IMG/VR virus record: IMGVR_UViG_3300022555_000024
Coordinates: 1-64,000 of that record
DNA: 64,000 nucleotides
Strand: one strand, 5' to 3'
Origin: a virus
Each line of letters opens with the position of its first letter. The first letter of the stretch is position 1. Below, piece by piece: positions 9,461 through 19,691 of the stretch. Position numbers and translations under genes: made by a program. The notes beneath the pieces are model-generated. The model saw only the letters and a list, made by a program, of their open reading frames with translations. It was not told the DNA's origin and made no database searches.

Positions 9461-11128
9461 ATGATAAAGAATGTAGGATATAATGGAAATCAGTTTGTTA
9501 AAAAGGCAAACATAGAACATAATTTCACGGGTGAGCAAGTAAAGGAATACCTTAAATGTAAAAACGATATAATTTATTTTATTAGAACTTATTGCAAAAT
9601 AGTTACTCTTGATAGAGGTTTGGAACTATTTCAGCCATTTGACTATCAAATTAGAATGATAGAAGCATTTGAAAATAATAAATTTGTTGTTAATCTATTG
9701 CCTCGTCAGATGGGAAAAACTGCAATTGTTGCGGCTTATTTACTTCATTACGCAATGTTTAATGAAGATAAAATGATTGGTATACTTGCTAATAAAGCTT
9801 TAGTTGCTAGAGAAATTCTATCTCGTATACAACGAATGTATGAAAATCTTCCTATGTGGATTCAACCTGGAGTAAAGGAATGGAATAAGGGATCGATGGA
9901 ACTAGGAAATGGAAGTATTTTAATGTCATCTGCAACATCTTCAAGTTCTATTCGTGGATTTGCCTTTAACATCATATATTTAGATGAATTTGCTCATATT
10001 TCTAATCAGATTCATTGGTGGGAATCAACATATCCTGTAATTTCGTCTGGTAGTGATTCTAAAGTTATAATTACCAGCACACCAAATGGTTTAGATCTAT
10101 TTTATAAAATATATACAGAAGCAGAACAGGGAATCAACAATTTTACACCTGTAAAAGTTGATTGGTGGGAACATCCTAAACGAGATGAAGCTTGGAAAGA
10201 AGAAACTTTACGCAATATAGGTTACGAACAATTTGAGCAAGAATTTCTCTGTCAATTCCTAGGATCTTCAGGTACTCTTATATCAGGAAATTCACTGAAA
10301 AATCTTGCGTCGATAAATCCATTAAAATTCTCTAACAATATCTCGGTTTATTCAGAAGTAGAAAAAGATAAAACGTATGTTGCAATTGTAGACGTTTCAC
10401 GTGGTAAAGGACTTGATTATTCTGCTATTCAGGTAATAGATGTAACTAAAATGCCTTATAAACAAGTCTGTGTTTTTAAAGATAATGGAATAACACCTGT
10501 AGAATTTACAGAAATAATTTATAGAGTTTGTAAGACTTATAATGAATGCGCAGTTCTTATAGAAATAAATGATATAGGAGCACAGGTATCAGATTTACTT
10601 CTATTTGATTATGAATATGAAAATATTCTTTATACTGAAACAAATGGTAGATCTGGAAAACAAATATCTACAGGATATAGTAATAATAAATCTATAGATA
10701 AAGGAATTAGAACAACAAAGACTGTAAAATCTGTTGGATGTTCTATCCTAAAACTTTTAATAGAACAAAATCAACTAATTATTAATGATGCTGATACTAT
10801 AAAGGAACTAACAACTTTTTCTAGAAAGGCAAACTCATACGAAGCAGAGCCTGGTTGTAATGATGATCTTGTAATGTGTCTAGTTTTATTTGCTTGGCTA
10901 TCAGATCAAAAATACTTTAAAGAGTTGACAGATATAAGCACACTTAGTGCGCTAAGAGAAAATAGTGTAGATTCTATAAATGATAGTATGTTATCCTTTG
11001 GATTTATGGACAATGGAATCCCAGAAGAATCTGTTGTTTCTTATGGTGATGAATGGGATATTGGTTTATTTGATAATGCAAAACCACTAAATTTGGCTCC
11101 AGATCGTTGGAAATCTGTTATTATATGA
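9461..11128 (+). CDS. gp17: Terminase large subunit gp17
   Basis: PRQMGKT Walker A, YLDEFAH Walker B, STPNG, DVSRGKGLDYS, NDDLVM. Confidence 0.97.
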   Translation: MIKNVGYNGNQFVKKANIEHNFTGEQVKEYLKCKNDIIYFIRTYCKIVTLDRGLELFQPFDYQIRMIEAFENNKFVVNLLPRQMGKTAIVAAYLLHYAMFNEDKMIGILANKALVAREILSRIQRMYENLPMWIQPGVKEWNKGSMELGNGSILMSSATSSSSIRGFAFNIIYLDEFAHISNQIHWWESTYPVISSGSDSKVIITSTPNGLDLFYKIYTEAEQGINNFTPVKVDWWEHPKRDEAWKEETLRNIGYEQFEQEFLCQFLGSSGTLISGNSLKNLASINPLKFSNNISVYSEVEKDKTYVAIVDVSRGKGLDYSAIQVIDVTKMPYKQVCVFKDNGITPVEFTEIIYRVCKTYNECAVLIEINDIGAQVSDLLLFDYEYENILYTETNGRSGKQISTGYSNNKSIDKGIRTTKTVKSVGCSILKLLIEQNQLIINDADTIKELTTFSRKANSYEAEPGCNDDLVMCLVLFAWLSDQKYFKELTDISTLSALRENSVDSINDSMLSFGFMDNGIPEESVVSYGDEWDIGLFDNAKPLNLAPDRWKSVII

Positions 11129-11172
11129 TATTCTGTTTATCAAACGTTAAACATTTTAGAACCTAGTATTTT

Positions 11173-11180
11173 TATAAATA
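11173..11180 (+). promoter_or_regulatory. Late promoter TATAAATA
   Basis: Consensus upstream of gp18. Confidence 0.8.
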
Positions 11181-11247
11181 TCATCAATAAGAATATTAGG
11201 GAAACTATACGTTTCAATAGAATTAATAACAATAATGGAGCAATAAT

Positions 11248-12963
11248 ATGTCATTTTCTGTAAGTCCCGGAGTTTTAATTTCCGAAGTGGACATAACAAC
11301 AACAGTATCTACTGGAGTTTCTACTTCAACAGGAGCTTTTGCAGGTAATTTTCAGTGGGGACCTGTAAATGAAAGAACTTTAATTGGTAGTGAAGTAGAA
11401 TTAGTTGATAATTTTGGAAAGCCAACCTCAGACACATATCAAGACTTTTTCTCTATCGCAAATTTTCTTTCTTATTCTAGTGCTGCTTGGGTAGTTAGAA
11501 TAGGAGATGCTAATAATCAAGTAAATTTAAACTCTACTTCCGGTTCTAGTGCAATAAGAATAGATAATAACGAAGACTATTTCGTAAAATCTAAACCAGT
11601 TGGAACTGGTTCATGGATAGCACGATATCCCGGTGCAAAAGGAAATTCGCTTGCGGTTGCTGCATGTGATAGTTCTGTTTCATTTAATAGTAATGTTACT
11701 ATTACAGGAAATACTGTTGGAACATGGTCAAGCAATTTCTCTATAGTTCCTTCAACTTCTTTAGCTGCATCTATAAATGGAGGTCAGAATGATGAGCTTC
11801 ATATTTTAGTTATAGATGAGGATGGTGCATTTTCAGGAACGCGTGGAACTATTTTAGAATCTTATGCACATCTATCAAAAGCAAAAGGTGCAAAGGCTGA
11901 AGATGGAACAAATAACTATTATGTAGATGTAATAAATAATTCTTCAAAATATGTTAGAGTTGGTGGAGCTTTTGTTTTAGGTGCTAATACGTCAGGAACA
12001 CTTTCTACAACTTGGACTCCTACTGGTTCTAATGTGGTATCATTGAGCAAAGGAACTGATCTTGATCCTCTTTCTTCACTAACCAACGAATATATTATAG
12101 GTTATTCGCTATTCTCTAACCCTGAAGCAGTTGATGTAGCACTTATTGTTTCTGGAGCAGCTTCTACTGTTGTAGCACAATCTGTTATTGATATAGCTAC
12201 CAATAGAAAAGATTCAATAGCATTTATCTCTCCTCTTTGGGCTAACGTTCAACCTGGACAAAGTATTTCTACTATAACAACAGCTGTTACTGGTTTTAGA
12301 AATTCATTGAATAGATCGTCTTCATATTTTGTTGTAGATTCGGGTTGGAAGTATCAATACGATAAATATAATGATGTTTATCGTTGGGTTCCTCTTAATG
12401 GAGATATTGCTGGACTTTGCGCTAGAACAGACTCTTCAAGAGATCCTTGGTGGTCACCAGCTGGATTTAACAGAGGAAACATTCTGAATATTATTAAATT
12501 GGCATGGAATCCAGGACAAGCAGAAAGAGATCTTCTTTATCCTGCTAATGTAAATCCGGTTGTTTCCTTCCCAGGTGAAGGTACAATTCTTTACGGCGAT
12601 AAAACAGGTCTTACAAAACCATCTGCATTTGACCGTATTAATGTGCGTAGATTGTTTATTTTACTCGAAAAAATTATTGCAAATTCTGCTAAATACAGTT
12701 TGTTTGAATTTAATGATGAATTTACTAGAGCTCAATTTAAATCTATGATAGAACCATTACTTCGTGACATTAAATCACGTAGAGGAGTTTATGACTTCCA
12801 AGTAATATGTGATGGTACTAATAATACCGCACAAGTAATTGATGCGAATCAGTTTGTTGGCGATATTTACATAAAACCAGCAAAATCAGTTTCTGTAATT
12901 AAATTAAATTTCGTTGCTGTCCGTACTGGTGTATCGTTTAATGAAATTATAGGTAAGTTTTAA
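11248..12963 (+). CDS. gp18: Tail sheath protein gp18
   Basis: SPGVLISEVD, FQWGP, WWSPAGFNRG, FDRINVRRLF. Confidence 0.97.
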   Translation: MSFSVSPGVLISEVDITTTVSTGVSTSTGAFAGNFQWGPVNERTLIGSEVELVDNFGKPTSDTYQDFFSIANFLSYSSAAWVVRIGDANNQVNLNSTSGSSAIRIDNNEDYFVKSKPVGTGSWIARYPGAKGNSLAVAACDSSVSFNSNVTITGNTVGTWSSNFSIVPSTSLAASINGGQNDELHILVIDEDGAFSGTRGTILESYAHLSKAKGAKAEDGTNNYYVDVINNSSKYVRVGGAFVLGANTSGTLSTTWTPTGSNVVSLSKGTDLDPLSSLTNEYIIGYSLFSNPEAVDVALIVSGAASTVVAQSVIDIATNRKDSIAFISPLWANVQPGQSISTITTAVTGFRNSLNRSSSYFVVDSGWKYQYDKYNDVYRWVPLNGDIAGLCARTDSSRDPWWSPAGFNRGNILNIIKLAWNPGQAERDLLYPANVNPVVSFPGEGTILYGDKTGLTKPSAFDRINVRRLFILLEKIIANSAKYSLFEFNDEFTRAQFKSMIEPLLRDIKSRRGVYDFQVICDGTNNTAQVIDANQFVGDIYIKPAKSVSVIKLNFVAVRTGVSFNEIIGKF

Positions 12964-12973
12964 GTAAATATCA

Positions 12974-13022
12974 TATAAATAAAAAATATAATAGAAAAGG
13001 CTAGTATTATAAAATACTAGCC
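12974..13022 (+). promoter_or_regulatory. Late promoter TATAAATA followed by a 5' leader hairpin
   Basis: TATAAATA at 12974-12981; GGCTAGTATT-ATAA-AATACTAGCC at 12999-13022. Confidence 0.7.
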
Positions 13023-13048
13023 AATTCTTAAACATAACAAGGAAAGAT

Positions 13049-13606
13049 ATGGCAAAAAGTTTTAATGTTTCTGATTTCAGAGGCAATTTTGTTGGGGATG
13101 GCGCAAGACCTACCCTATTTGGTGTTAATATAACATCTCCAGTAGGAGCACTTGACGGAAATGCACTTCAGTTTATTTGTAGCGCATCTCATTTACCTGC
13201 TTCTTCTGTATCTGCAAAAACTATATCGTATTATGGTCACGATGTTCATTTAGCAGGAAATAGAACATTTGATGATTGGAGTATTACGGTTTATAACGAT
13301 GAAAATTTTAAAATTCGTAATTCATTTGAAATTTGGCTAGATGCTATAGATAGACATTCTGGTGCTGGTAGAGGACAGGGGTTGGGAGTTGGACCAAGTG
13401 AGTATGTGGTAGATGCTTCTGTTCATCAATTTGGAAAAAACGGTGATATTTTAAAAGAATATGTATTTTATAATCTTTGGCCTTCTTCTATAGGACAGAT
13501 AACCGTTGATTGGAATAGTAAAGACGACATTGAGACCTTTGAAGTAACTATGAAATTTGATTGGTTTCACGCTGTTGATGCTTCTGCTAATATAATCACA
13601 TCTTAA
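13049..13606 (+). CDS. gp19: Tail tube protein gp19
   Basis: GARPTLF, AGNRTFDDWSITVYNDENFKIR, IETFEVT. Confidence 0.95.
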   Translation: MAKSFNVSDFRGNFVGDGARPTLFGVNITSPVGALDGNALQFICSASHLPASSVSAKTISYYGHDVHLAGNRTFDDWSITVYNDENFKIRNSFEIWLDAIDRHSGAGRGQGLGVGPSEYVVDASVHQFGKNGDILKEYVFYNLWPSSIGQITVDWNSKDDIETFEVTMKFDWFHAVDASANIITS

Positions 13607-13624
13607 TTATTACTTACTACATTA

Positions 13625-13654
13625 GGAGACTGTATATTGCAGTCTCCATTTTTT
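13625..13654 (+). terminator. Rho-independent terminator after gp19
   Basis: GGAGACTG...CAGTCTCC followed by ATTTTTT. Confidence 0.75.
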
Positions 13655-13690
13655 GTTAAACAAAATTATATTTGCATGTCTGAAGAAAAA

Positions 13691-15910
13691 ATGAGTTTAC
13701 TTGAATCTATTGGACAAAGGTTTGGATTTGTTTCTAAGCAAAAAGAACCATTGATATTGCCATCTATAGTAACACAAAAAGAAGATGATGGAGCAGTAGA
13801 AATTGCTGCTGCTGCCTCTGGTGTATATGGACATTATCTTGATATAGATGGCAAAATTGGAAATGACTTTGACCTTATATCTAGATATAGAGATCTCGCG
13901 TTACAACCAGAAATTGATTTTGCAATTGGTGATATTGTAAATGAAGCTATAGTTATAGATAATGATTTACACCCTGTTACGATTAATCTAGATGATTCCG
14001 AATATTCAGATAAAATAAAAGATTCCATTATTAAAGAGTTTGAAGAGATTATATCTATGCTCAATTTTAATAATAAAGGTAATGATATATTTAGACAATG
14101 GTATGTAGATGGTAGAATTTATTATCATACGATGATAGATGAAAAAAATCCTAAAAAAGGAATTCAAGAAATACGTAACATAGATCCTAGACGTATTAAA
14201 AAGATTAGAGAAGTAAAACAAGAAAAAAGTAATTCTGGAGTTAAAGTTGTAACCGGACATGAAGAATATTATCTTTATAGCGCTCAGGGGTTTGGTCCTA
14301 CAAGTTCTGCTAAAAGTCCTAATACTGAATTAGTAAAGCTCAGTCCTGATGTTATTAGTTATGTAACGTCTGGAATAACCGACTCTAATAATGTTACAGT
14401 GTTATCAAATCTTCATAAGGCAATAAAGCCAATGAATCAACTCAGAATGCTTGAAGATTCTGTTGTAATATATAGATTAGCTAGAGCTCCTGAAAGAAGA
14501 ATTTATTCTATAGAAGTTGGTAATTTGCCAAAAGCAAAGGCAGAAGAATATCTTGCTTCTGTTATGAATAAATACAGAAATAAGATGGTATACGATGCTT
14601 GTTTAGACTTAACTACAAGAATACCATTATTAGATGGAAGAACTTTATCTCTATCAGAAATAATAGGAGAGTATAATTCTGGAAAAGAACTTTGGGCTTA
14701 TTCATGTGATCCTATTACAGGTAAATTTGCACCCGGCATAATTTCATGGGCAGGTATCACTAGAAAATTGGAAAGCGTGCTAAAAATAACCTTAGATAAT
14801 GGAGAATCTATAACATGTACACATGATCATAAGTTCCCTGTTTGGGAGAAAGGAAAAGTAGAGGCAAGAAATCTTATTGTTGGAGATTCTATGATTCCAT
14901 TTAGTAAAGACATAAATACAACAGAATTTAATAATTGTAATATTTCTAGTATAGAATATCTCGCAGAAAAGATGGATGTTGGTACATTAACTATTGATAG
15001 AGAAGAAAAGTATCATGATTATCATACATTTGCACTGCAAGTAGGAATATATACCTGTAACAGTACAGGAGAACTTAGAGATGATAAACGTCACATGTCA
15101 ATGCTTGAAGATTTTTTTGTACCTAAGAGAAATGGTGTTGGTACCGAAATAACTACACTTCAACCTGGGCAGAATTTATCTGCTTTGGATGACGTTGACT
15201 ATTTTAGAAAAAAACTTATGAAATCACTTAACGTTCCTTATTCTAGATTAGATTCAGAGGCACAATGGACTCTTGGAAGAGCAACAGAAATAACTAGAGA
15301 TGAGGTTCGATTTGCTAGATTTATAGAAAAACTACAAAACAAATTTAGTGATTTATTTGATTCTATTTTAGAAAAACAGCTTATCTTTAAAGGAATAATT
15401 TCACATGACGAATGGAAAAAACTTAAGAGTATAATAAAATATAGGTTTGAATGTGATTCTTATTTTTCTGAAATGAAAAAGATGGAAGTGATTAAAACCC
15501 GGTTTGATCTTCTACAGACTGTTGAGGCATATTCGCCCAATGCTTTAGCACAAGATGCTTCTGCAAGACAGGCATATGTTTCTACAGATTGGATTTTTAA
15601 AAATATTCTTCAAAGAACAGAAGAACAGATTAAGGAAGATAAAAAGGAAATTAATAAAGAAGAAGAACAAATTAAGAAAAGGTCAGAAAAAGCAGAGAAT
15701 GTATCTACTAATGATGGTAATGTAGTAGACCCTTCGATAGATAGCGTAGATGATCTTCCTGCTGATGCAGAAAAGGTTCCAACAGATGATATAGATAATA
15801 TTCCTGTGGATAAGAAACCTGAACAAAAATCGAACTCTTCTTCTAGATTTGATCGCAAAAGAAAACCCTTTCAAGTAAAAGGGAATTTTAAAAAAAGTAC
15901 AGAAATTTGA
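13691..15910 (+). CDS. gp20: Portal protein gp20 containing a mini-intein
   Basis: FRQWYVDGR, LHKAIKPMNQLRMLED, YRLARAPERR, EITRDEVRF. Start taken at ATG 13691 (13676 also possible). Confidence 0.96.
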   Translation: MSLLESIGQRFGFVSKQKEPLILPSIVTQKEDDGAVEIAAAASGVYGHYLDIDGKIGNDFDLISRYRDLALQPEIDFAIGDIVNEAIVIDNDLHPVTINLDDSEYSDKIKDSIIKEFEEIISMLNFNNKGNDIFRQWYVDGRIYYHTMIDEKNPKKGIQEIRNIDPRRIKKIREVKQEKSNSGVKVVTGHEEYYLYSAQGFGPTSSAKSPNTELVKLSPDVISYVTSGITDSNNVTVLSNLHKAIKPMNQLRMLEDSVVIYRLARAPERRIYSIEVGNLPKAKAEEYLASVMNKYRNKMVYDACLDLTTRIPLLDGRTLSLSEIIGEYNSGKELWAYSCDPITGKFAPGIISWAGITRKLESVLKITLDNGESITCTHDHKFPVWEKGKVEARNLIVGDSMIPFSKDINTTEFNNCNISSIEYLAEKMDVGTLTIDREEKYHDYHTFALQVGIYTCNSTGELRDDKRHMSMLEDFFVPKRNGVGTEITTLQPGQNLSALDDVDYFRKKLMKSLNVPYSRLDSEAQWTLGRATEITRDEVRFARFIEKLQNKFSDLFDSILEKQLIFKGIISHDEWKKLKSIIKYRFECDSYFSEMKKMEVIKTRFDLLQTVEAYSPNALAQDASARQAYVSTDWIFKNILQRTEEQIKEDKKEINKEEEQIKKRSEKAENVSTNDGNVVDPSIDSVDDLPADAEKVPTDDIDNIPVDKKPEQKSNSSSRFDRKRKPFQVKGNFKKSTEI
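14600..15061 (+). mobile_element. Mini-intein (154 aa, no homing endonuclease) in the portal gene
   Basis: Begins CLDLTTRIPLLDG, has block B TCTHDHKF, ends HTFALQVGIYTCN before Ser. Removal restores KMVYDA|STGELRDD. Confidence 0.92.
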
Positions 15911-15915
15911 GCTTG

Positions 15916-15923
15916 TATAAATA
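15916..15923 (+). promoter_or_regulatory. Late promoter TATAAATA
   Basis: Consensus 5 nt before the ATG at 15928, so a nearly leaderless transcript. Confidence 0.7.
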
Positions 15924-15927
15924 GAAG

Positions 15928-17256
15928 ATGAAAACATTTAACGAATTTAGAAAGGAAATAGAAATTCAGCATGCGAATATTCATCTAGATGAAGGTTTGG
16001 GTGTAGTTTTAGCTGCTACTACAGCTGCAGCTGGATATGGTGCTTATAAAATAGGTAGAGCTGCTCTTCTAGTAATTAGTGCTATAGCAACTCAATTAAA
16101 TGATATTATTGCTGCAAAATGGAGACGTGCTAATGGCGTGTCTAAAGCAGCATCACAGAAATGTAAATATGCATCTGGATTTGACGGAGGAAGCAAACAA
16201 TATAAAAAATGCATTTTAAGCGCTTATATAGATGGTGCTAAAGATAAAATAGATATTTTGATGCAGATGAAATCAGAAGTATCTAATAAATTTGATGACG
16301 AAAAAGCAAATTTATATCATAAAACTATAGAAGCAGAAATTGTAAAGCTTAAAAATAAAATTGGGAAATGGGAAGGACAAATTGAATTTATAGATTCGCA
16401 TTTACAAAAATGGGAATCAGTAAAAATCGAAGGAGATATCTTAGAATCTAAAGATCCAGAAAGTTATCAAAAAGTAACATTACCAATTCATCCCTTGGAT
16501 CTAATAGATTTTGATAAACACGTTACATCTGTATCTAAGAAACATAAAATTTCTATAGAAAATTTGTTATCAAGAATAGGAAATTTAATATCAACTTATA
16601 AAAAAAGATCAATGAAATTACTTACAGAAACATTTATAGCAGAGGCTGTAAAGGACTCTAAAAAAGGATGGTTCATAGAAGGTGTTTATTTACAAGGAAA
16701 CTTAAAAAATAAAAATGGTCGTTATTATCCAAAACCAACCTTAGATGAAGAAGTTAATCGTTATATAAAGGAATATGTAGAAAAAAATAGAGCTGTAGGA
16801 GAGTTAAATCATCCAGCTACACCTTCTATAAATTTGGATAGAGTATCACATCGTATTATTGGATTGATAGAAGATGGGAATAATTGGATAGGGAGAGCAC
16901 AAATATTGCATACTCCTATGGGAAATGTTGTGATGGGTCTTTTAGAAGGAGATGTTAAGATTGGAGTTTCTTCAAGAGGTTTAGGTTCTCTTAGAGAAAG
17001 AAACGGTCTTCATGAAGTTCAAAATGATTTTAAATTATCTGCTGTCGACATCGTGTCTGACCCAAGTGCTCCAGACGCTTACGTAAATGGTCTCAACGAA
17101 TCTGCGGATTGGATTTTTTGCGAAGACGGTCACTGTTATGTTAAACAAGACTTAGTAGAACAACACGAGAAAATTGCTAAAGAACAATATAAGTCATTAA
17201 CACTTGAACAAAAAGCATTACTATTTTCTGACTTTTTAAATAACATTAAAGGATAA
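15928..17256 (+). CDS. gp21: Prohead protease gp21 with ~228-aa N-terminal extension
   Basis: From Met at 16612: IEGVYLQ, NKNGRYYP, GELNHP, GVSSRGLGSL, DIVSDPSAPDAYV. Confidence 0.92.
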   Translation: MKTFNEFRKEIEIQHANIHLDEGLGVVLAATTAAAGYGAYKIGRAALLVISAIATQLNDIIAAKWRRANGVSKAASQKCKYASGFDGGSKQYKKCILSAYIDGAKDKIDILMQMKSEVSNKFDDEKANLYHKTIEAEIVKLKNKIGKWEGQIEFIDSHLQKWESVKIEGDILESKDPESYQKVTLPIHPLDLIDFDKHVTSVSKKHKISIENLLSRIGNLISTYKKRSMKLLTETFIAEAVKDSKKGWFIEGVYLQGNLKNKNGRYYPKPTLDEEVNRYIKEYVEKNRAVGELNHPATPSINLDRVSHRIIGLIEDGNNWIGRAQILHTPMGNVVMGLLEGDVKIGVSSRGLGSLRERNGLHEVQNDFKLSAVDIVSDPSAPDAYVNGLNESADWIFCEDGHCYVKQDLVEQHEKIAKEQYKSLTLEQKALLFSDFLNNIKG

Positions 17257-17258
17257 AA

Positions 17259-17546
17259 ATGTTACCAAAAATAGAAAAACAATTGTTAGAAGACATTTCT
17301 AAGTTTCTCCTTGAAAAGAATGAAGAATCAATATATGAATTACCGTTTGGAAATGCTGGTCTTGAATATAGTTTTATTAAACTTGCATTAAAAGCAGGAA
17401 TTAAAGCAAAATTATCCGATAAAAAAGATAATGGAATATTTCCTATAGTTGAAATTAGATGTGTTGGCGATACTTCAAAAGTCGCTTCTTTCTTGAAGAA
17501 ACATTATGATTCTGAAATTGTAATAGATGATTATAAATTAGATTAA
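17259..17546 (+). CDS. Hypothetical protein (head region)
   Basis: Tightly packed ORF in the head operon. Confidence 0.6.
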   Translation: MLPKIEKQLLEDISKFLLEKNEESIYELPFGNAGLEYSFIKLALKAGIKAKLSDKKDNGIFPIVEIRCVGDTSKVASFLKKHYDSEIVIDDYKLD

Positions 17547-17636
17547 TCAAGGGAGATATTCTGAATATTTAAATTCTCTTATATTCCAGGAGATGAAGAA
17601 TTAAAAATAACACTAAAATAGAAAAAAGGAAGAAAA

Positions 17637-18104
17637 ATGACTTTATATAAAAGAGAATCAGAAATTCAGCAGGAAAATCAAATCTTAAATGATTTTGCAC
17701 AATTTCTTAAAGATAAAGCAGCAATAAAGGAAGAAGCTGACCTTAAAAAAGCTATTCAGACGTTGAAAGTTCAAGAAAGAAAAGAACTTATAGCAGAAGC
17801 ATATGATTCTGCAGATAAAAACGGTATTTATAAAGAAGAATGGAAACAATATAAATCTTCTGTTATAGAGATCAGAGATAAATCCCGTGAAAAGCATAGT
17901 GAATTAATTGAAAAATTAATAATGGATTCTTATTTGGATGGTGTTGTTAAAGATGAAGTTGTAGATCAATTATTTTCTGGTTATGATAAATCAGGTTTAG
18001 AAAAAGCACTAGAACATGCTAAAGATAGAAGAGGAACAGAACCTCGCGTTGCTATTGATTTAATTAATAGTATTTTATCAAGTATTCTTCGTAAAATAAA
18101 GTAA
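17637..18104 (+). CDS. Hypothetical protein (head region)
   Basis: ORF with AAGGA upstream; helical and charged. Confidence 0.6.
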   Translation: MTLYKRESEIQQENQILNDFAQFLKDKAAIKEEADLKKAIQTLKVQERKELIAEAYDSADKNGIYKEEWKQYKSSVIEIRDKSREKHSELIEKLIMDSYLDGVVKDEVVDQLFSGYDKSGLEKALEHAKDRRGTEPRVAIDLINSILSSILRKIK

Positions 18105-18107
18105 TAG

Positions 18108-18614
18108 ATGTCTTATAAATCTCTACTAGAAGAAATGCAGTTCATAGATTATGATAAGCAAATTAATGAAATGTTTTCTATTATGTTTTCTATAGAAGAT
18201 GCTTCTATATTGTTTAGGACTATTAGATTTTTTATTGATAAAGGTCTAATATCTTACACAGATGGTTCACTTCTTATAATAGGAACTCTTTTTGGTGCTA
18301 TATTCGGGTCTTCTGTTTTTCTTTTCGGTTCTTGGATTAAGAAAAATATAACCGATCCTATTAAGTTTATTCTTAACATGAAAACAGAAAAAAATATTCA
18401 ACCAAAAGATATTCAAAAATTATCTAAAGAGGTAAGAAGTTCATTTAATAGAATAGAAGAACCTGAAGTAAGAATTGCTATTCAAAATATGGTAATAAAA
18501 TATTCTAGAGAATTAGAAAAAAATCCAGATGATAGGCAGCTTTTAATAAAAATGCAGCAAGAATTATTAGATATTAAACAAGAATTTACAAAAAATAAAA
18601 TAAAATTACAATGA
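18108..18614 (+). CDS. Putative internal head protein with one hydrophobic helix
   Basis: MSYKSLLEE start; LLIIGTLFGAIFGSSVFLFGSW segment. Confidence 0.6.
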   Translation: MSYKSLLEEMQFIDYDKQINEMFSIMFSIEDASILFRTIRFFIDKGLISYTDGSLLIIGTLFGAIFGSSVFLFGSWIKKNITDPIKFILNMKTEKNIQPKDIQKLSKEVRSSFNRIEEPEVRIAIQNMVIKYSRELEKNPDDRQLLIKMQQELLDIKQEFTKNKIKLQ

Positions 18615-19096
18615 AAACTTACAAATCGTTACTAGAAGAGATTAACTCCATCAAAGAAGATTCTAATTATCTTGGTGAAGAAGTATCTTTTGAATTTTTA
18701 TTTGAAGAATTAGATAGAATTGATGAAGATTCTAATCTGTCTAGTAATAATCTGTCTAGTAATAATCTGTCTAGGAATATTACCGCAATGGGAGCGGTGG
18801 CGGCGGTTGCTCTTGCTGCACAGTCTGCGCTTGTGATTAGAGGTCTTTATCGTGCTGCACATGGAGTTACTTTAAACCAGATTAACGCTTGTCATGGCGA
18901 TTCAAAGTGTATCAAAACTGCTTATATTGCTGGTGCAAGAAAGAAAATTTCTATTCTGCAACAAGCTAAAGCAAAGAACCCTACAAAATCACAGGAATTT
19001 GATGCTAAGATACAAAAATTGAATGATCGTATTGCAAAATGGTCTAAGAGTAATGCAGATGCTAGAGCAGCTATTGCGCGCAGTTATAACGATTAA
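18611..19096 (+). CDS. Putative internal head protein (hydrophobic helix plus two-Cys domain family)
   Basis: MKTYKSLLEE start; paralogous to the gp21 N-extension and to 19278-19679. Confidence 0.65.
   Translation: MKTYKSLLEEINSIKEDSNYLGEEVSFEFLFEELDRIDEDSNLSSNNLSSNNLSRNITAMGAVAAVALAAQSALVIRGLYRAAHGVTLNQINACHGDSKCIKTAYIAGARKKISILQQAKAKNPTKSQEFDAKIQKLNDRIAKWSKSNADARAAIARSYND
18733..18774 (+). repeat. 15-bp tandem repeat x3 (encodes NLSSN)
   Basis: TAATCTGTCTAGTAA repeated in frame. Confidence 0.85.
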
Positions 19097-19105
19097 TAGA
19101 AAATA

Positions 19106-19679
19106 ATGTCGTATAAAATATTCAGAGAAACAATCTTAGATGATTTAAAATATAAGGTCTATGCTAGACTGCAATTAGAGAAACAAATTATTGCATCTAA
19201 TATATTTGAAGAAAATTTAAGTGAAGATTTTATTTTTGAATCAGAAAAATTTGATGTTTTATTTGAAGATTTATTGAATGAATATAATCAAGATGAAGCA
19301 CAAAAGAGTGTTTGATATAGGTTTTCGTGCAGGCACTAATGATAATAAACATTCAGTTTCACAAAATATAAATAAAGCTACTGGAAGTAGTATTGTTGCT
19401 GTAGGAGTAGGGGTAGCTTTAATGGCACTTAGAAATCAATGGAGAAAAGCTCACGGTGTTACTAAAGATCAAATTAAGAGATGTGACGGAAATCGTTCTT
19501 GTATTCTTAAGGCTTATATTGATAGTACAAACGCGAAAATTAAAATGTTAGGACAGATGAAAACAAAAGATCCTAAAAATTCTACAGAATATGATAAAAA
19601 AATAGTAACACTTAGAAATAATTTACAAAGATATAATCAAAAGAAGTCTGTCCTTACAGCAAACGGAATAACATCTTAA
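19106..19679 (+). CDS. Putative internal head protein split into two ORFs (19106-19315 and 19278-19679), probably one frameshifted gene
   Basis: gp67-like leader and acidic spacer in ORF1; two-Cys domain in ORF2; the same architecture is intact in 18611-19096. Confidence 0.55.
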
Positions 19680-19691
19680 ACAAAAAATGTA

